A stretch of DNA of 64,000 nucleotides. Source: Amoebophrya sp. A120. Its lineage: Eukaryota > Protista > Dinoflagellata. This document shows positions 59,341 to 64,000 of the stretch, one piece after another. The number at the start of each line of letters is the position of its first letter. The stretch's first letter is position 1. The DNA is taken from contig CAJINV010000005.1 of the NCBI GenBank assembly GCA_905178155.1, positions 7,184,989 through 7,248,988 on the forward strand. Direction: 5' to 3'. Under the pieces are notes generated by a model that saw only the letters and a program-made list of their open reading frames with translations, was not told where the DNA came from and did no database searches. A program made the translations under genes and the position numbers.

Positions 59341-60860
59341 TTAGCAATTCTCATGCAGCAAATCCTTGCACAGCTCTTTCGTCAATACGGTGCCGCTATC
59401 AAATGTAAAAGTGTCCGGGTCTGGAAGAATGCAACTTGTCATGCTAAATCTGAAGCATGCAAAAATCTGTGTTGCATGATTACCAAAAGTCGTCCAGTTT
59501 TGACCAAGTCGGGAGGGAGTTTCTCATGCAGGATAGGCACGAGAGAGATCGCGCAGAATCTGTTATGCTAGGTCCTGCATTCCAGACCTCGGGGGTCATG
59601 GAAAAGCTGCATGACAAGTCGCGCACTCTTCCAGACCCAGACCCAGACCCAGACACTACTGCGCGAGCACCCACAGGCTCCCAGGTGCCTAGCGCTTTGG
59701 CCAGCGTTGCACCTCGATAGAGCCTGCGGGACCCCGTGGGCAGAAGTTCATCGCACCCAATTTGCATGTTGCGCAAGTGATAGTATAAGTAGTAGTACTC
59801 AGTACCACCGGTGGACGCCATAGCATGCTTTTAGTCTCTCTCTACATATTATATCCACGTAGTTCTCTTCTCTTTTCTTTCTTCAAAATGTTAAAGTCGT
59901 TCTCTTCCCTGTGCTGTACCATGGTCTTGCTTCCAGACAAAACACCAGACATTTTTGCATTTGATAGCCCCTGCTGTTTCTGTCCTGAAGTCTGTCGTTA
60001 GTTCCGAAAGAAGAAGTTGCTCCTCCTGCGCCCCCACTTGAAGATGTCAGCGGCCCTTTGTTCTGCTGCAAAATCTCGGCTTCTATTCTCCGGAACAGCG
60101 GCAGGATATTCGCGTTCAGCTCGGCAATCGCGGAAGAATCCAAATTGTCCCGCATGGAGTAAAACAGCCGCTTTTTCAAATACACAATCTATGGAAGCGT
60201 CAGGATTGAAATCGTCACAGTTGAAATAGCTTGCGATGCATAAAATGCAACCCACAAAAAGCCTGTCTTGCAGAGTAGCCAAGGAAGGCAGATTGTAAGC
60301 CTGTTGAGGGGTAGAAATAGAGCTGCTAAAGTAGCAAGACAGAAGGCGTCTTCCTTACCCAAACACCATTACAAATTGGGTTTCGGCTCTTCCCAAATTT
60401 GTCATGCGCCAGTTGAAAACTAGGCACCAACTGGTATCCGTTTTATGCATCAGAAATTATTTCAACTTTGTCGATTTCGATCCTGACACTACCATACAAT
60501 CTCCGCTTGGCGTAACGTCGCGGAGGAAGACACAACTGCTGCTTGGTTGTTTATTGCGACAGAAGATGCAGTAGTGGTCCCGTCTTGATTGGCTCCAGTT
60601 GTTGTTGTGCTGCTGGAGCTGGAAGTCGAAGAAGTTCTGGCTTCTTTAGTCGTGTCAGCAGAACCCGCTGTTCCTGCAGTAGAAGACCCACTCCCTTGCT
60701 CACCGGACTGTTTGTCTTTGACCGCTCCTCCCGTATTCCCACCGCTTGATCCCGAAGCCACCACATCCGCCACCTTGATTTCGTCCAGAAACTGTAGCTG
60801 CCACCCCAGATACCGCAACACGAACATCTCGTAGTTCTGCAACAAGCAAATCGGGTTCCG
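59341..60860 (-). CDS. Hypothetical protein, 3' part, with a cyclin-box-like motif; 5' end unresolved
   Basis: Minus-strand frame restored across 60190-60496 and 59397-59966: PICLLQNYEMFVLRYLGWQLQF...QAEIVYLKKRLFYSMRDNL...RGTVLTKELCKDLLHENC*; ExxVLxxLxWxL resembles the end of a cyclin N-domain (inference). Confidence 0.6.
59397..59966. mobile_element. Expanded introner family A
   Basis: DR gccgc/gcccc; about 300-bp insert in the right TIR after (CCAGAC)3. Confidence 0.82.
60190..60496. mobile_element. Introner family F
   Basis: DR caatc; in a minus-strand gene. Confidence 0.92.
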
Positions 60861-61175
60861 TATTGTGAGGAAAAATCTTCCCTCCCCATATCGAACAGGA
60901 AATTTGTAATGCTGATTTGTGGCCACAAATCCGCTGTGTCTTGCGTACAAGGCAAACGGCACCCATGTGGCGTATTGTACAGCGAGTCTGTCATGCGCTT
61001 TCGCCTATATCAGACGTGTTTCTCATGCTAAGCTGCTAGCCGGATGCGTACCCAAATGGGCTTAGTATATCTTGGCAATCTCTTGCTGCAATACACAGCT
61101 CATTTGTGTACAGAAATCCAGCAACACAAATTGTCTATATCGAATGTGGACTGGGGACTTTTTTTTTAACCAATA
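60861..61175. mobile_element. Family C element
   Basis: TIR; poor DR. Confidence 0.75.
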
Positions 61176-61227
61176 TCTCCAACCGTCGATGAGCAGCGTG
61201 ATGAACATGTTGGCCGCAGGTGGAACA

Positions 61228-61553
61228 TATTGTGAGGAAAAATCCCCCCTCCCCATATCGAAAGCGAAATTTGTGATGCTGTATTTGAGTACACAAATCG
61301 CATTTGTCTTGCTGGAGAGGACTGCAGACCCATATCTACCCTGAGTAGAGAGGCTTTGACTTAGGCGCTTAGCATGAGAAGCGTCCGTGATGTTGGCTTA
61401 ACAGCATGACAAACTGCCTCCATAATGGGACGGAAGCTGCTGCCCTTGTCTTCTTGCAACACAGACGTGATTTGTGACCTCAAATCAGCAACACAAATCT
61501 GCGAAAGCCTACCTCTTCAATTATATGGGGAGGGGGTATTTTTCCTTGCGATA
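61228..61553. mobile_element. Family C element
   Basis: TIR; DR gaaca. Confidence 0.88.
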
Positions 61554-61844
61554 GAACAGCAGAATGAGTCACAGAATTGTACCACCAGTAGCTGCAACAG
61601 TAACAACAGGCTCTTTTCAATGAAAAACAAAAATGCGGAGAAATTATAGAGGTTGACAAATTCCTCGAATCATTATATTTTTCGCGGTTTATTTTTACGA
61701 ACAACCTGTAACTCAAATACAAATTCTTCACCCACACCTTCGTGCTTTAGTTTTTGCATTACAAATGCAGGCTCCTACGTTTAAGTAGTTTCCTTTTCGT
61801 TTATAATTTCCGTCGTGTTTATTTGCCTGACATCAAGAAATTTG

Positions 61845-62387
61845 ATGGAGATGAGGATTTTTTTGTGGATACCTGGGACCAGTCGTGCAGCAGAACTTGA
61901 ACTAGTAGGGTAGCTCAAGAGAGTCTATGTCCATTCTGGCACGTGCGATAATTATGCTCTCGCTTTGCAAGAACTTCCACACCAATAGTTTGTGTTTGTA
62001 AGAAATGAGTCCCAGTCTGAGCCTGCATAACGACCAACCGGCGCTGCACCAGGAGGTTATCCAAGCTGAAATGAAAATCGTGTTGTAGACGATATTTCTA
62101 CATAGCAAGTGGCCTTCGTTCATCGAAATGGAAATTGTGATGCATACAGCACAAGAACACTCGACCACCGGTGAGTTGTCCCCTGATCTTGATTATTTTT
62201 CTACCGTTTTGATTTTGAAAAAGATTTTTTTGAAGACGGACCTGGCATCATGATGATGCGAGAAGAGGACGTGGAGATGAACGACATCAAGTACCAGGAA
62301 CAATTTGGTCGATGAGGTGACTACACACACAGCTTCCTTGTTTCAGTTTTATGACGGTGCACAATTACTCCTTCTCCCCCCCCATGT
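61845..62387. repeat. Segmental duplication copy 2 (empty site)
   Basis: Matches 52120-52258 plus 53292-53735. Confidence 0.85.
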
Positions 62388-63054
62388 AGTGCTGGTTGGT
62401 GTGGGAAAGCCTTGCATCTTCAGCATGACAGGGGGCAGCTGGAAGTGGGAAACAGCATGACAAATTGGCAGACTATACTTACTTCTGTTTATTTTTACGA
62501 ACAACCTCCTGTAATTCAAATACAAATTCTTCATCTTCACCCACACCTTCGTGCTTTACTCCCAGATACTTAATTAGCGGCCCTTTCCTAAGTCCGGACA
62601 TTTCACTCCTTGTCACATACCCAACGCCGAAGAAAAAAAAAAGAACTTGATATAAGTCGGAACGTGTCCAGGAGCTGCGTCTGCAGCTACTCGCTCTTGT
62701 GCAGCAGGCGCGCTCCCTTTAGTTCCGTACAACAAAAGAAGCAAGAGGCTTGTTTACAAGGAGCCTACACTTTATCAGTGGCGTAGGCTTCTGAAGCAGC
62801 TTGCACAGGGAAATATCGCAACGGAAGAAGTAGAAACAGCCAGTCAAAGAAAGCTTTCGACAGCTCGGAAACTTTAGTCCCCGTCGGCTGCCACCCAATT
62901 TGCGCGGGGAGTATTGGGGCACGAATTTCGAGTAAGCAGCCCTCTGAAACGCACCAAAGCAGTGCGCGCGTACTTAGACGTAGAAAATAGGTGGGCAAGC
63001 AGCGTAGATAGGTTGCAATGCTCGGGGGCTCGCGGGATATACGGGCACTGTAAG

Positions 63055-63280
63055 CAAAATAAAAAAAGCCCGGGTAGGAAAAATGCATTTTGCGTTTTTT
63101 CCTACCCGGGGTTTTTATTTTCAAAACCCCGGGTAGGAAATATTTATCCGCTGATCTGCACGTCTGTGAGAGTGATAACAGCTGATAAACATTTCCTACC
63201 CGGGGTTTTGAAAATAAAAACCCCGGGTAGGAAAAAGTGCAAAACTCATATTTCCTACCCGGGCTTTTTATTTTCAAAAC
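63055..63280. repeat. Nested palindrome of CCCGGGTAGGAAA / TTTCCTACCCGGG units
   Basis: Six alternating copies in inverted arrangement. Confidence 0.85.
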
Positions 63281-64000
63281 CTCGTATAACCCCTTCGAAA
63301 GTACAAACTCTTCATCTTCACCCACACCTTCGTGCTTTAGTTTCTTAAAAAAACAAAATCCACCCACTTTAGATCAATGCGCAGAGCCGCCGGAGCAAGA
63401 CAGCCGGCGGCCTCGCGACCGGGGCCGGGGCACGGGGAGGATTCGCGCCTTTTTTTGTTCGTGAAAGGTCGAGCGCATGACTTTTTTCTTAGTTGTTGGA
63501 AGCTCGGGCTAAAAGCTCGCGCCACCGGGGGCAGACCAGGTGCAAGAGTCGTCCCTTTTTCCGTGAGGGGCCGAACTCATGACCTTTCTATCTTTTTTGG
63601 TTGGGCGCGGGCGCCCGAGCTAGCTGGTATCGGTATCGGTGCGCTTATTCCGGTCGTGATTCGCCGGGGGTTGCGCCGTGTGTTGTAACAGTAGGCCGAC
63701 ACCACCAGAGCATCGACGCTACCTAGCCTGCGCCGCGTTGGCCATACAAAAACCCCTTGAATCCTAAATCGGAAACATCAATCCGGATGCCTCTAAAACG
63801 CTCAATTAGCGGCAAACCCGGTAATGCCTGTGAATTCCAAAAACCCATGACTCTCGCCGTGCATCGAGCCCTAGTCGCGCTTCATAATGTCCGAGGAGAA
63901 TTGTCTCTGCAAATTTGGCGAACCACGTTGGAAGCGAGCCACGCCCGTGTCGTGTTGAGAAGGTGAAACTTGATTCCCGAAGTTGCAACGTGGGCCAATG

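Noticed and set aside
693-59966. Recurrent short ORFs (CKNVWVWK, QTQTFLHLI, CAKVSYS, KNPPSPY)
   Set aside because: Translations of introner TIRs, not proteins.

Overview
Eukaryotic genomic DNA with an architecture matching Amoebophrya-type (syndinian dinoflagellate) genomes; the taxon is inferred from the architecture only. Protein genes, nearly all on the + strand, are broken up by about 78 MITE-like non-canonical introns (introner-like elements, mostly 115-360 bp). These fall into at least 9 sequence families that share one grammar: TAT...ATA terminal inverted repeats (TIRs; consensus TATSNNNNGNAAAA), a 5-bp flanking direct repeat (DR), and internal TTGT[C/G/A]ATGC motifs. Removing each element plus 5 nt by hand restores continuous ORFs for GPN3 (5 elements), a long coiled-coil protein (16 exonic elements, 2 GT-AG introns), a KH-domain RNA-binding protein (27 elements, 2 GT-AG introns) and four hypothetical proteins. 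Other content: a 15-bp and a 32-bp GC-rich satellite inserted in a tandem duplication, a second element that lands on the CATGAC motif inside introners, several inserts flanked by long (33-56 bp) direct repeats, foldback palindromes, and a 100-N gap. All junctions were read by eye, so coordinates may be off by a few bases, and none is confirmed by RNA data.
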